45,821 nucleotides of DNA from Zeimonas sp. (GTDB lineage: Bacteria > Pseudomonadota > Gammaproteobacteria > Burkholderiales > Burkholderiaceae_E), in the NCBI GenBank assembly GCA_035303885.1, contig DATGRE010000191.1, forward strand, positions 1 to 45,821. The letters are read 5' to 3'. Both the position numbers and the translations under genes were made by a program. Shown in pieces: positions 29,364 through 39,178 of this stretch. A model generated the notes under the pieces. That model was not told the origin of the DNA. It made no database searches and saw only the letters and a list, made by a program, of their open reading frames with translations. Positions within the stretch are counted from its first letter, which is position 1. Every line of letters begins with the position of its first letter.

Positions 29364-30809
29364 TCAATCGAACCAGACCGGCTTGCTCGCACCCATTGGC
29401 ATCGGTGGTCTGGCCCAGTACGCGATGGTCTCGCTGTATTGCACGAGTGGCCGTGGGTGACGCAGGACACCGAACACCGAGTCCGTTTCCTGAAATGCAC
29501 TTTCCGGGACCGAAGGCAAGTCCCGGATCCCCAGCCGACCCTCTGGCCACATCTCCTGCGGAAGACGTCCGAGCGACTGGACCCACATCGAGCTTTGCGT
29601 CAGCGAAGTCGAAACGTGATACGAGCCGCCCTCCTTGCTTCGGCGTAGCAGCGCAGCGACGACCCCTGCGGCGGCGAGATAGGCGGTGAGGTAGTCGTTC
29701 AACGTGAAAGTGGGGGCGAGTCTCGGCTCCTCCGGCGAACCTTCGTCGATTGCGAGACCCGATACGGCTTGCCCAAGCGGTTCGTACCCTCCGCGATCAG
29801 CCCACGGCCCCTCGTCTCCGTAGCAGCTCAACGAAACGTAGACGACGCCGGGGCAAAGGTCCGCCACTTCGCTGGGCGAGAACCCGCGTCTCGCGAGTGC
29901 CCCCGGACGCCACGACTGAATGAAGACGTCGGCATCGCGAATCAGCGCACGAAGCCGTTCGACGTCCGAAGGCAAGTCGAGGTCGATGAACGCGGTCCGC
30001 TTCCCGAAGCCTGTATCGACGTCGATCAGATGTCCATCGGGCTGGTGGGGCGCAGAGACGTGAAGTACCGAAGCGCCCTGCTCCGCCAGCACTCGGGAGG
30101 TGATCGGTCCCGCAAGCACGTGGGCCATGTCGACCACCCGCAAGCCGCTCAGCGGCCGATCGGCTCCCGGCGCGAATGGAACCGGCTCCGCATCGTTGAT
30201 CCTGGTGACCAGGACAGGCGGCCTGGCCGCGAGGAGACGCCCTTGTGGATGCAAGCGCCACTCTTCCTGCGTGCGTGCGATGCAACCGAACAGTCGAGCC
30301 TCGGCAAGCGCCTGCTCCAACTCGTCCGAGTTCCATTTCGCGACCGCATTGGCAACCGACTCGTGCCCGGTGGTCGCCCCCAGGAAGCGGTGCACGTCGA
30401 GACAGTGCTGGACATAGTTCGCGGTATAGAGCAGATAGAACCTTCGATCGTCCTTCGTCGCGAAGAAATTAGGTCCTTGCCCGTCCCAGCGCGTAAAGGG
30501 AAGAGGATGGCCGTTCTGCCGAATGTGAAGGAAAGTGCACAGCCCGGGATAAGCAGCGTTGCGGACATCGACGCAAGCACGCTGCTCGCGCCCGGTGCGC
30601 GTCTTCCAGATCTCGATGATGCCCAATGCTTGCGCAGCGATAGCGGCGGCACTCGCCGCGCCCAGGCGATGTCGGCTCGGAACCACCGGGTCGGCGCCTT
30701 CGAACGTCACGCACGAGGCATCCGCGTGGCCCAGCCCGACAAAATTTCGCGCCTCGTCGAAAGCCAGGCGAACGTGTCGGTCCTGATCCCCTCCGATTCC
30801 GCCCTCCAT
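29364..30809 (-). CDS. Class III (CaiB/BaiF) CoA-transferase, long form
   Basis: PLSGLRVVDMAHVLAGP, GKR, ADVFIQSWRPGAL, SCYGDEGPWADRGGY, LNDYLTAY; GGAGAG RBS before ATG 30809. Confidence 0.9.
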   Translation of the reverse strand: MEGGIGGDQDRHVRLAFDEARNFVGLGHADASCVTFEGADPVVPSRHRLGAASAAAIAAQALGIIEIWKTRTGREQRACVDVRNAAYPGLCTFLHIRQNGHPLPFTRWDGQGPNFFATKDDRRFYLLYTANYVQHCLDVHRFLGATTGHESVANAVAKWNSDELEQALAEARLFGCIARTQEEWRLHPQGRLLAARPPVLVTRINDAEPVPFAPGADRPLSGLRVVDMAHVLAGPITSRVLAEQGASVLHVSAPHQPDGHLIDVDTGFGKRTAFIDLDLPSDVERLRALIRDADVFIQSWRPGALARRGFSPSEVADLCPGVVYVSLSCYGDEGPWADRGGYEPLGQAVSGLAIDEGSPEEPRLAPTFTLNDYLTAYLAAAGVVAALLRRSKEGGSYHVSTSLTQSSMWVQSLGRLPQEMWPEGRLGIRDLPSVPESAFQETDSVFGVLRHPRPLVQYSETIAYWARPPMPMGASKPVWFD

Positions 30810-30837
30810 ACCGCACTCTCCGTACCAGTCGACGCAG

Positions 30838-31881
30838 TCAGCCAACCGGGGGGATCCCCACCTCATCGATCAACTTGCGATAGAGGGAGTATTCGCGGCG
30901 CATCAGCGCATCGAGTTCGTCGCCCGCGACGACGCCGGAAAGGCCGATCTTCTTCATGCGCTCGCGCCCCTCGTCGTCGGCCCGATAGGCGGCGTTCAGC
31001 GTCGAGATCAGCTGCTCTACGACCGGGCGCGGCGTCCCCGCCGGGGCGAACAAGCCGAAGGTCGAGCGTGGCGGCTCCCATCCCTGAACCCCCGCTTCCC
31101 TCAAGGTGGGTACTTCCGGCAACTCGTCCACACGTTCGGCACGAAGCACGGCAAGCCCTCGAAGCCGACCGTCACGAATCAGCGGCGCCGCCTGAGAGAT
31201 AGAGGCGAACAGACAGTCGACATGCCCGCCGAGCATGTCGGCGGTCGCCTGCGCCGAACTGCGGTAGGCGACATGACCCAGCTTCACACCGGTCTCGCGC
31301 ATGAACATCTCTGCGTTCATGTGAGGTGTCGAGCCGGTCCCCGCACTCGCAAAGGTGATCCGTCCAGGGCCTTCCTTGGCTGCGTCGATCAACTGCTGGA
31401 GAGTCTGATAAGGCGACTGTGAACTGACGACGAACACGGTGCCCGCAGAACCGAGGGACCAGACCGGAATGAAATCCTTGAGCACATCGTATTTCACCGA
31501 TTTGTACAGGAAACCGGTCGTCACCAGAGCACTCGTGAACTGGGTCAATAGGGTGTGGCCGTCGGCGGCTGCCCGCAGTACCGCAGCGGTCCCGGTCGTA
31601 CCGCCGCCTCCGGCGAGGTTCTCGACGACGACGGGCTGACCGAACCCCGCGTGCAGCCGCTCCGCCATGTACCGCCCCGCGATGTCGACGGGGGAACCAG
31701 CGCCGTACGGGCAGATGATCCTGATCGTTCGCGTCGGATATGCCGACTTCGCATACGCCAACCCGGTCCAAGCCGGAAGCGCAAAAGCAGGCATCGATCC
31801 GAGCACACGCAGCACTCTCCGTCGTTCCGCTCGGGTAGCAGGCCGTAGCGAGTGGTGCAGGCCATTGGTCGAGCAGCGCAT
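30838..31881 (-). CDS. Bug/TctC tripartite tricarboxylate transporter solute-binding protein
   Basis: Tat-like signal RRRVLR...AYA, YPTRTIRIICPYGAG, VENLAGGGG, ADGHTL, SAGTGSTPH, PEVPTLRE. Confidence 0.93.
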   Translation of the reverse strand: MRCSTNGLHHSLRPATRAERRRVLRVLGSMPAFALPAWTGLAYAKSAYPTRTIRIICPYGAGSPVDIAGRYMAERLHAGFGQPVVVENLAGGGGTTGTAAVLRAAADGHTLLTQFTSALVTTGFLYKSVKYDVLKDFIPVWSLGSAGTVFVVSSQSPYQTLQQLIDAAKEGPGRITFASAGTGSTPHMNAEMFMRETGVKLGHVAYRSSAQATADMLGGHVDCLFASISQAAPLIRDGRLRGLAVLRAERVDELPEVPTLREAGVQGWEPPRSTFGLFAPAGTPRPVVEQLISTLNAAYRADDEGRERMKKIGLSGVVAGDELDALMRREYSLYRKLIDEVGIPPVG

Positions 31882-31971
31882 GAGTCCCCCTCCTGTGTTC
31901 GCTTCGGTTGGCGTAACGGGGGGAGTTTGCTCGACGCTACCGAAAGCCGGAAGATGCAAAATTTACCCGAT

Positions 31972-31990
31972 CAATAGCCACTAGTTATCA
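31972..31990. promoter_or_regulatory. LysR-type T-N11-A box in the divergent bug/lysR promoter
   Basis: ATAG-CCACTAG-TTAT dyad in an AT-rich stretch just before the lysR ATG. Confidence 0.55.
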
Positions 31991-31996
31991 CATGCC

Positions 31997-32968
31997 ATGA
32001 AGCTCCACCAACTGCGCGACTTCGTCGCCGTGTCGCACGCTGGCGGAATTCGAGCGGCCGCGCGTGAGCTCGGACTGACTCAGCCATCACTCACCAAAAG
32101 CATCCGTCAGCTGGAGACATCGCTCGGCGTTCCGCTGTTCGAGCGCACCGGGCGCGGTCTGCATCGCACGGAATTCGGCGATGCACTGTTCGTTCGTGCG
32201 AGCGCCGTCCTGGCCGACCTGCAGCGCGCAACGGATGAGATCCGGCAACTCCGTGGCATCTGGCAGGGACGGGTCACGGTATCGATGAGCGGCACTAGCC
32301 TGCTCAATCTCCTACCGGGAGCACTCGAGGTGTTTCGACGTCGCCATCCCGATGTGCGCGTGCGCATCATCGAACGGCCACTCGACCAGGCACTCGAAGA
32401 GCTCCGCGGCGGCGTCCTCGACTTCGCCGTTCTTCCCGAGCCCCCAGCCACCATCCGGGACGAGTTTCGTTTCGATCCCCTACTGACCGACCGCTACGCC
32501 GTGGTGGGGCGAGCGGCGCACCCCTTGAGCAGCGCCACGTCGATCGTGGAGTTGCTCGACACGGAATGGGTCGTTACCCGCCAAGGTGGCGCAAGTGCCG
32601 CCGAGTTCGAGCGCTATTTCGCCGCGCTGCGGCTGACGGCTCCGAGTGTCTCGATCCAATGCGAAACCGTCCTCGGCGTTCTGTCCCTCCTCGCGCATAC
32701 CGATCTGCTAGCCTTGCTGCCGTCGCGCTGGCTGCATACCAGGATCACGCGCAATGTCTCGGCCGAGATCCATGTCGCCGAGCACGTCCAGACTACGCCT
32801 ATCGGCATCATTCAGCGCCGCTCGGCGCCCTTGTCCCCCGCCGCAGAAGCCTTCGCGGCCGCGCTCGTAGTGGAGTCCCGAGAAGTCGAGCGTGCATCCC
32901 CCGTCACGACTCCTCCTCGGCGAACGCCTCGTCGCGCTTCTTCGCCACCGCGGGCAGGAAGACGATGA
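31997..32968 (+). CDS. LysR-family transcriptional regulator
   Basis: MKLHQLRDF...AARELGLTQPSLTKSIRQLETSLGVPLFER. Confidence 0.96.
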   Translation: MKLHQLRDFVAVSHAGGIRAAARELGLTQPSLTKSIRQLETSLGVPLFERTGRGLHRTEFGDALFVRASAVLADLQRATDEIRQLRGIWQGRVTVSMSGTSLLNLLPGALEVFRRRHPDVRVRIIERPLDQALEELRGGVLDFAVLPEPPATIRDEFRFDPLLTDRYAVVGRAAHPLSSATSIVELLDTEWVVTRQGGASAAEFERYFAALRLTAPSVSIQCETVLGVLSLLAHTDLLALLPSRWLHTRITRNVSAEIHVAEHVQTTPIGIIQRRSAPLSPAAEAFAAALVVESREVERASPVTTPPRRTPRRASSPPRAGRR

Positions 32969-34415
32969 CGAGCAGCACGACCGCGATCGCCAGCAGCGTG
33001 GCCGACAGCGGGCGCGTGACGAACACCGACCAGTCGCCGCGCGAGATCGTCATCGCGCGGCGCAGGTACTCCTCCATCAGGCTGCCGAGCACCAGCCCGA
33101 GCAGCATCGGCGCCGGCTCGCAGTCGAGCTTGCGGAACAGGTAGCCGAGGATCGCGAACGGGATCGTCACGTAGACGTCGAAGACGTTGTTGTTGATCGA
33201 GTACGCGCCGACGCAGCAGAACAGCAGGATCGCCGGATACAGGATCCGGTACGGGACGGTGAGCAGCTTGATCCAGATGCCGATCAGCGGCAGGTTCAGC
33301 ACCACCAGCATCGCGTTGCCGATCCACATCGAGGTGATCAGGCCCCAGAACAGGCTGGGGTTGCTCGTCATCACCTGCGGGCCGGGCTGGATGTTGTGAA
33401 TCATCATCCCGGCGACCATCAGCGCCATCACCGCGTTGGTGGGAATGCCCAGCGTGAGCATCGGGATGAACGAGGTCTGCGCGCCCGCGTTGTTCGCCGC
33501 CTCCGGGCCGGCCACGCCTTCGATCGCGCCCTTGCCGAAGCGCTCGGGCGTGCGCGAGATCTTCTTCTCGATCGCGTAGGAGGTGAACGACGACAGCACC
33601 GCGCCGCCGCCGGGCAGGATCCCGAGGAACGAGCCGAGCGCCGTGCCGCGCACGATCGGCGCGAGCGACGCCTTGAGTTCGTCGCGGCTGGGCAGCAGAC
33701 GGCCGACCCGGCGGGTGAAGACCTCGCGATCCTCGCGATGCTCCAGGTTGGCGATGATCTCGCCGAAGCCGAACAGGCCCATCGCGACGGCGGCGAAGGA
33801 GACGCCGTCGGTCAACTCGGGGATCCCGAAGGAGAAGCGCGCGACCCCCGAGTTCACGTCGGTTCCGATCATGCCCACCAGCAGGCCGAGCACGACCATC
33901 GCCAGCGCCTTGACGATCGATCCGTGCGCGAGGACGACCGCGGCGATCAGGCCGAGCACCATCAGCGAGAAGTACTCGGCGGGCCCGAACTTGAAAGCGA
34001 TCTCGGCCAGCGGCGGGGCGAAGCCGGCGATGAGCAGCGTCGCGACGGTCCCCGCGAAGAACGAGCCGATCGCGGCGATCGACAGCGCCGGCCCCGGTCG
34101 CCCTTTGCGCGCCATCTGGTAGCCGTCGAGCGTGGTCACCACCGACGAGGTCTCGCCGGGCAGGTTCACCAGGATCGCCGTCGTCGATCCCCCGTACTGC
34201 GCGCCGTAGTAGATGCCGGCAAGCATGATGAGCGCCGTGGTCGGATCGCTCATCTGGTAGGTGATCGGCAGCAGCATCGCGATCGTCGCCAGCGGGCCGA
34301 GCCCGGGCAGCACGCCGATCAGCGTGCCGAGCAGCACGCCGACGAAGCACCAGAGGACGTTCTCGAGAGTGAGCGCGGTCGCGAAGCCCAGCGCCAGGTG
34401 CGAAAGCAGTTCCAT
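32904..34415 (-). CDS. tctA: Tripartite tricarboxylate transporter large permease TctA
   Basis: [38 protein letters not shown]. Confidence 0.96.
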   Translation of the reverse strand: MELLSHLALGFATALTLENVLWCFVGVLLGTLIGVLPGLGPLATIAMLLPITYQMSDPTTALIMLAGIYYGAQYGGSTTAILVNLPGETSSVVTTLDGYQMARKGRPGPALSIAAIGSFFAGTVATLLIAGFAPPLAEIAFKFGPAEYFSLMVLGLIAAVVLAHGSIVKALAMVVLGLLVGMIGTDVNSGVARFSFGIPELTDGVSFAAVAMGLFGFGEIIANLEHREDREVFTRRVGRLLPSRDELKASLAPIVRGTALGSFLGILPGGGAVLSSFTSYAIEKKISRTPERFGKGAIEGVAGPEAANNAGAQTSFIPMLTLGIPTNAVMALMVAGMMIHNIQPGPQVMTSNPSLFWGLITSMWIGNAMLVVLNLPLIGIWIKLLTVPYRILYPAILLFCCVGAYSINNNVFDVYVTIPFAILGYLFRKLDCEPAPMLLGLVLGSLMEEYLRRAMTISRGDWSVFVTRPLSATLLAIAVVLLVIVFLPAVAKKRDEAFAEEES

Positions 34416-34428
34416 CAGCGGATCAGGA

Positions 34429-34890
34429 TCAAGGCGAGAACAACGTCGGCCAGACGGGGAACTGCAGCTCGAGCCCCTTCACGAAGACCAGCCAGGACAG
34501 CACGAGCAGCACAACGATCTCGAGCAGCGTCTCCTTCCATCGGAACTCGTGGCTGGCGATGGCCGAGAGGCCAATCAACACGGCGACCGAAACGACCATG
34601 CCCAGGCGCGGCAGCAGCAGCGCGAACAGCGCAACCGACCCGAGGATCACGATCAGCGGGCGCCAGCCGATGCGCTCGACGCCCGTCTCGGGGTTGGTGC
34701 GCGCCGTGGACATCCAGATCGTCGCCACGCCGAGCAGCGCGAGGAGGACGCCGAGCATCATCGGGAAGAAGCCCGGCCCCATGCGGGCCGGCGTGCCGAG
34801 CTGGTACGCGGAGGAGAAGACGGCGAAGGCGCTCCCGAGGACGAGAAACAGGACTCCCGACCAGAAATCGCGATGGTTGCGGATGCGCAT
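34429..34890 (-). CDS. tctB: Tripartite tricarboxylate transporter small permease TctB
   Basis: GTPARMGPGFFP, four TM segments, adjacent to tctA. Confidence 0.93.
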   Translation of the reverse strand: MRIRNHRDFWSGVLFLVLGSAFAVFSSAYQLGTPARMGPGFFPMMLGVLLALLGVATIWMSTARTNPETGVERIGWRPLIVILGSVALFALLLPRLGMVVSVAVLIGLSAIASHEFRWKETLLEIVVLLVLSWLVFVKGLELQFPVWPTLFSP

Positions 34891-35045
34891 GCGCCAACTC
34901 CTTCGTCACGTCCATCCGTGCTGCACTACGGTTTCCGAACCCAGATCCGGATCAGCGCGCACTCTACCCTCACCGGCGCTGCGCACGATAACCCAAGCCG
35001 GCTTCGATCCCGTCCCTCTTCCGGGCGGGCCGTTCGAGACCCGAC

Positions 35046-36266
35046 CTACCGCATCCGCCACAGCAAGGCGATTCCCAGCCCGGCGAACGCGGCGGCCACG
35101 CCGAACGTCGCCGCATAGCTTTGCAGCTGCGAGTAGATGGCCGCGAACAGCGACGGCCCGATCAGCACCCCGCCGAACGTGAAGAACAGCGCGCCGCCGG
35201 TCGCCGTGCTCGCCTCGCCCGCCGGCGCGAGCCGCGCCACCTCCGCCAGGAACACGCCGTTCCACCCGATCGCCGTCACCCCCATCGACACGAACACGGC
35301 GGCCGTGGCGAACGCGCTCCAGCGCTCGTCGACCTGCGTGGCCGCGAGCGTCGCGAGCAGCATCAACGCTCCGAGCACGAGCAGCGTCGTTCGACTTGCC
35401 CGCAACCGGTCGGCGATCCACCCCCAGGCGATGCGCCCGACGGCGCCGGAGAACTGCACTGCCGACAGCAGCACGCCCGCCTCGACCAGCGTGTAGCGCG
35501 CCTCCTGCACGAGAAACGTCACCGCGAAGGTCATCAGGCACAGCTGCACGCCGGCGAAGCACAGCGCCATCAGCGACAGATGGCGAAGGCCCCGGTGCGA
35601 CCACACCAGGACGATTCCGCTCAGCAGGCCCGCAGGCGAACCCGAAGCCTGCCGGGCATCCCGCCGCACGCGTCCGCTGCGGTCGCGCTCGGCCGCGCAC
35701 CGATCGTCGTCCCAGAGCGAGCGCACCGGCTGCAGCAGCGCGAGCATCGCGAGCGCGCAGACGAGGACGACGAGCAGCGCCGCGCGCCAGCCATAGGCGT
35801 GCGCGACCGGCGGCGCAACGAGCGCCGCGGCCATGCCGCCGAGCGGAACGCCCGTCTGCTTCAGCGAGAAGATCAGGTTGCGGCTCGACGCCGGGGTGAA
35901 GCGCGCCAGCAGATGCGCGCCCGCCGGATTCGACGACCCGTAGCCGAAGCCCAGCAGCATCGACGCGACGGCGAGCGCAGCCAGGTGCGGCACCGTCGCG
36001 AGCAGCATCGCGGCGGCGACGAGCGCGAGCGCGACTTGCGTCGTGCGGCAAGCACCCAGCCGCGCGACGACGTTGCCGCCCACCGCCGCGCTCGCCATCG
36101 CACCCGCGTAGACGATGCTCACCTGGTAGCCGATCGTCGACGCGTCGACCGCGAGCACCTGCGCGAGCTCGGGCGCGAGCACCGGCAGCGTCAGCGCGGC
36201 CATCGAGACGATCGTCTGCGCGACGAGCGTCGCGCCGACGACGATCGGCACGGGCGGAGTCTGCAT
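35046..36266 (-). CDS. MFS transporter
   Basis: 406 aa hydrophobic protein; SLKQTGVPLGG, GRIAWGWIADR, IGWNGV. Confidence 0.92.
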   Translation of the reverse strand: MQTPPVPIVVGATLVAQTIVSMAALTLPVLAPELAQVLAVDASTIGYQVSIVYAGAMASAAVGGNVVARLGACRTTQVALALVAAAMLLATVPHLAALAVASMLLGFGYGSSNPAGAHLLARFTPASSRNLIFSLKQTGVPLGGMAAALVAPPVAHAYGWRAALLVVLVCALAMLALLQPVRSLWDDDRCAAERDRSGRVRRDARQASGSPAGLLSGIVLVWSHRGLRHLSLMALCFAGVQLCLMTFAVTFLVQEARYTLVEAGVLLSAVQFSGAVGRIAWGWIADRLRASRTTLLVLGALMLLATLAATQVDERWSAFATAAVFVSMGVTAIGWNGVFLAEVARLAPAGEASTATGGALFFTFGGVLIGPSLFAAIYSQLQSYAATFGVAAAFAGLGIALLWRMR

Positions 36267-36271
36267 CGCCT

Positions 36272-37591
36272 TCAGCGCACGTTGCCGACGAGCATCAACG
36301 CCAGTTGCGGGAAGACTGCGACCAGCGCGAGTACCGCCAACATGATCAGCACGTAAGGCACGGCGCCCCGGATGATGCGCTCGAGCGGAACGTCGCGCAC
36401 GACGCCCTGCACGACGAACAGGTTCAGGCCGACCGGCGGCGTGATCAGCGCCATCTCCATGTTGATCGTCAGGATGATGCCAAACCAGATCAGGTCCCAG
36501 CCGAAGACCGAGACGATCGGGATCAGGATCGGCGCCGTGATCACGATGATCGACAGCGTCTCCATGAAGCAGCCGAGGAAGACCAGCAGCAGGTTGATCG
36601 CGATGAAGATCAGCCACGGCGCAACGTCGAGCTCGGCCACCGTGCGCGAGATGACCGGCGCGACCTGCGTCGTCGTCATCGCGTAGCCGAAGACCATCGC
36701 GCCGGCGATGATCATCAGCACCATCACGCTGCCGCGCGCCGCATCGTGCAGGATGACGAGCATCTTGCGAAGCGTGAGCTCGCGGTAGAGGACGCCCGAG
36801 AGCAGCAGGCTCGCCAACGTGCCGAGCGCGGCCGCTTCGGTGGGCGTGGCAAGCCCCTGGTAGATCGAGCCGAGGATGATCCAGATCAGCACCGCCATCG
36901 GCACCAGGTGCCGCAGCGCGGCGAGGCGCTCGCGCACGGTGGGCGCCGCCGCCATGGCCGCATGCCCGGCAACGGTGGCCGCACGGTGTGCGCGCAGCGC
37001 CGCGCGCACCTGGTACGCCATGAACGCGGCGGTCATGATCAACCCGGGGAGGATCCCGGCGATGAAGAGCTTGCCGATCGACTGCTCCGCGACGATGCCG
37101 TAGACGATCATCGGGATGCTCGGCGGAATCAGGATGCCGAGCGTGCCGCCGGCGGCCACCGCCCCGGTGGCGTCGCTGTCGCGATAGCCGAAGCGGCGCA
37201 TCTCGTCGACCGAGAAGCGGCCGATCGCTCCCGCGGTCGCGACGCTCGAGCCCGAGACCGCGGCCATCACCGCGCATGCGAGCGTCGTCGCGACCATCAG
37301 TCCGCCGGGCACGCCGTGCAGCAACGTCGCGAGCGACGCATACAGGCGCGACCCCATCCCCGACGCCGAGATGATCGCGCCCATCAGGATGAACAGCGGA
37401 ACCGCCGTCAGCGTGAAGCTCGTGATCGAGCCCCACAGCGTCGGCGCGATGAGGCCGAGCGCGTCGATGCCGCCACCCACCAGGAGCAGCGTGCCGATCG
37501 CGACACCGAAGAGGCTGAATGCAACGGGCACGCCGATCGCGAGGCACGCGATCAGCGCGGCGAACATCGCCAGACCGAGCCAGATCTCCAT
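36272..37591 (-). CDS. TRAP transporter large permease (DctM family)
   Basis: AVPLFILMG, SGSSVAT, GTLGILIPPSI, ATPTEAA, ITPPVGLNLFV. Confidence 0.96.
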   Translation of the reverse strand: MEIWLGLAMFAALIACLAIGVPVAFSLFGVAIGTLLLVGGGIDALGLIAPTLWGSITSFTLTAVPLFILMGAIISASGMGSRLYASLATLLHGVPGGLMVATTLACAVMAAVSGSSVATAGAIGRFSVDEMRRFGYRDSDATGAVAAGGTLGILIPPSIPMIVYGIVAEQSIGKLFIAGILPGLIMTAAFMAYQVRAALRAHRAATVAGHAAMAAAPTVRERLAALRHLVPMAVLIWIILGSIYQGLATPTEAAALGTLASLLLSGVLYRELTLRKMLVILHDAARGSVMVLMIIAGAMVFGYAMTTTQVAPVISRTVAELDVAPWLIFIAINLLLVFLGCFMETLSIIVITAPILIPIVSVFGWDLIWFGIILTINMEMALITPPVGLNLFVVQGVVRDVPLERIIRGAVPYVLIMLAVLALVAVFPQLALMLVGNVR

Positions 37592-37609
37592 TCGATTCGA
37601 AGGTCGGGT

Positions 37610-38137
37610 TCAGGCGCTGTCGCGCCTGCGGTTCACCATCTCCGCCAGATGCACGACGAGCAGCCAGAGCATGCCCGCGGCGAAGAACGAATAGGGAATC
37701 CACAGCGCGACCTGGAAGAGCCCCCAGGACGTCTCGCCGCTGTCGTAGGCGTCCCACCAGAACTGCGCACTGAGCCACGCGAGCAGCCCGACCACGACGA
37801 GCACGACGACGTCGGCGAGCCAGGCCAGCACGCGGCGAACGCCGGGGGAGACGCGCGTGACGACGAGATCGACGCCGACGTGCGCGCCTTCGGCCAGCGC
37901 ATAGGCCGCGCCGCCGAAGGCGATGAGGCCCATCAGGTATTCCGAGACGTCGTTGACCCAGCCGGTCGTCGACGCGAAGAAGGTGCGGGCGACGACCTCG
38001 TAGGTGACGAGCAGCGCGATCGCGAATGCGGCGACGCCGACCAGCAGCCCGGAGAATCGCGTGACCGCCGCGATCCACGCGAAGCCCGCCGGGGGGCGGC
38101 GCGCCGGCGCCGCCCCGTTGCCTTCGCGCGCGCTCAC
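37610..38137 (-). CDS. TRAP transporter small permease (DctQ family)
   Basis: YEVVART, WVNDVSEY, GAHVGVD; four TM segments. Confidence 0.93.
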   Translation of the reverse strand: MSAREGNGAAPARRPPAGFAWIAAVTRFSGLLVGVAAFAIALLVTYEVVARTFFASTTGWVNDVSEYLMGLIAFGGAAYALAEGAHVGVDLVVTRVSPGVRRVLAWLADVVVLVVVGLLAWLSAQFWWDAYDSGETSWGLFQVALWIPYSFFAAGMLWLLVVHLAEMVNRRRDSA

Positions 38138-39150
38138 CGGCCCGCGTCGACGCCGGCGTTCTTCAGCAGCTCCTCACCGCCGGGAACGTCGGCCTTGAAC
38201 TTCTCGAAGCTGTACTTGCGAAACCAGTCCTGCCACTTCTTCCACGACGCTTCGGTCATCTTCTCGACCTGGACGCCGTTCTTCGCGAACAGCCCGGCGA
38301 CGCGCCTGTCCTCGTTCTTCGCCCCTTCCAGCGCCGCCTGCTCGAGGCTCTCGCCGACCTCGACGAGGATCTTCTGCTGCTCGGGCGTCAGCTTGTTCCA
38401 CGTCTTCATGCTGATCGCGATCGGCTCGATCGTGAAGTAGACGCTGTAGTCCTCGGGCGAGTTGTAGAACTTCGCCACCTCGTACATGCGATACGCGCCG
38501 AAGGACCCCGACGACGTCCACATTCCGTCGAGCAGCCCGAGCTGCATCGCGTTGTAGTTCTCGGACGACGGCATCGAGACGGTGGTCGCGCCCGCCTGCT
38601 GCAACGCGTACTCCATGAACTTGCCGGCCGCGCGCATCTTCAATCCCGAGACGTCCTGCGGCTCGTGGATCGGCTTGCCCGTCGAGGCGACGCCGCCCGA
38701 GATCTGGATCCACGACAGCGTCTTGAAGCCGTACTCCTGCGCCTTCCGTTCGAGCTGCTTCCACGCCTCGGACTTGCGGAAGGCGAAGACGTCGTCGTGG
38801 CTGCTCCAGAGACCGGGCAGCAGCACCAGGTTCATCTGCGGGATCGCACCGGCGGCGTAGATGTACGGATAGATCGCGAGATCGACCGTGCCGTTGCGCA
38901 GCGCCGTATGTGTCGCGTTCGCCTTCACGAGCGACTGGGCCGGAAAGATCGAGATCTTGATCTCTCCGTTCGTGCGCTTCTCGACCTCCTGCGCGAACTT
39001 GATGCCGGTGGCGATGACGTAGTCGGACTCGTCCTGCGGCCACTGGTGCGCCATCTTCAGGTTCAGCGTCTGCGCGGCGGCGGCGCCACCGAGCGTGAGG
39101 GCCGCACCCGCAACCAGCGCGGTCCCGAACTTCGCGAACGTGGTTCTCAT
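38134..39150 (-). CDS. TRAP solute-binding protein (DctP family)
   Basis: Signal peptide, FAQEVEKRTNGEIKI, GLKMR (conserved carboxylate-binding Arg), YNAMQLGLLDG; GGAGG RBS. Confidence 0.95.
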   Translation of the reverse strand: MRTTFAKFGTALVAGAALTLGGAAAAQTLNLKMAHQWPQDESDYVIATGIKFAQEVEKRTNGEIKISIFPAQSLVKANATHTALRNGTVDLAIYPYIYAAGAIPQMNLVLLPGLWSSHDDVFAFRKSEAWKQLERKAQEYGFKTLSWIQISGGVASTGKPIHEPQDVSGLKMRAAGKFMEYALQQAGATTVSMPSSENYNAMQLGLLDGMWTSSGSFGAYRMYEVAKFYNSPEDYSVYFTIEPIAISMKTWNKLTPEQQKILVEVGESLEQAALEGAKNEDRRVAGLFAKNGVQVEKMTEASWKKWQDWFRKYSFEKFKADVPGGEELLKNAGVDAGR

Positions 39151-39178
39151 GGTTCCTCCTCTGCGGTTCCGCCGGTGT

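Noticed and set aside
35046-38078. 1010-aa ORF suggesting a TRAP-MFS fusion
   Set aside because: The upstream part is an alternative frame over dctM/dctQ. The MFS has its own ATG at 36266.
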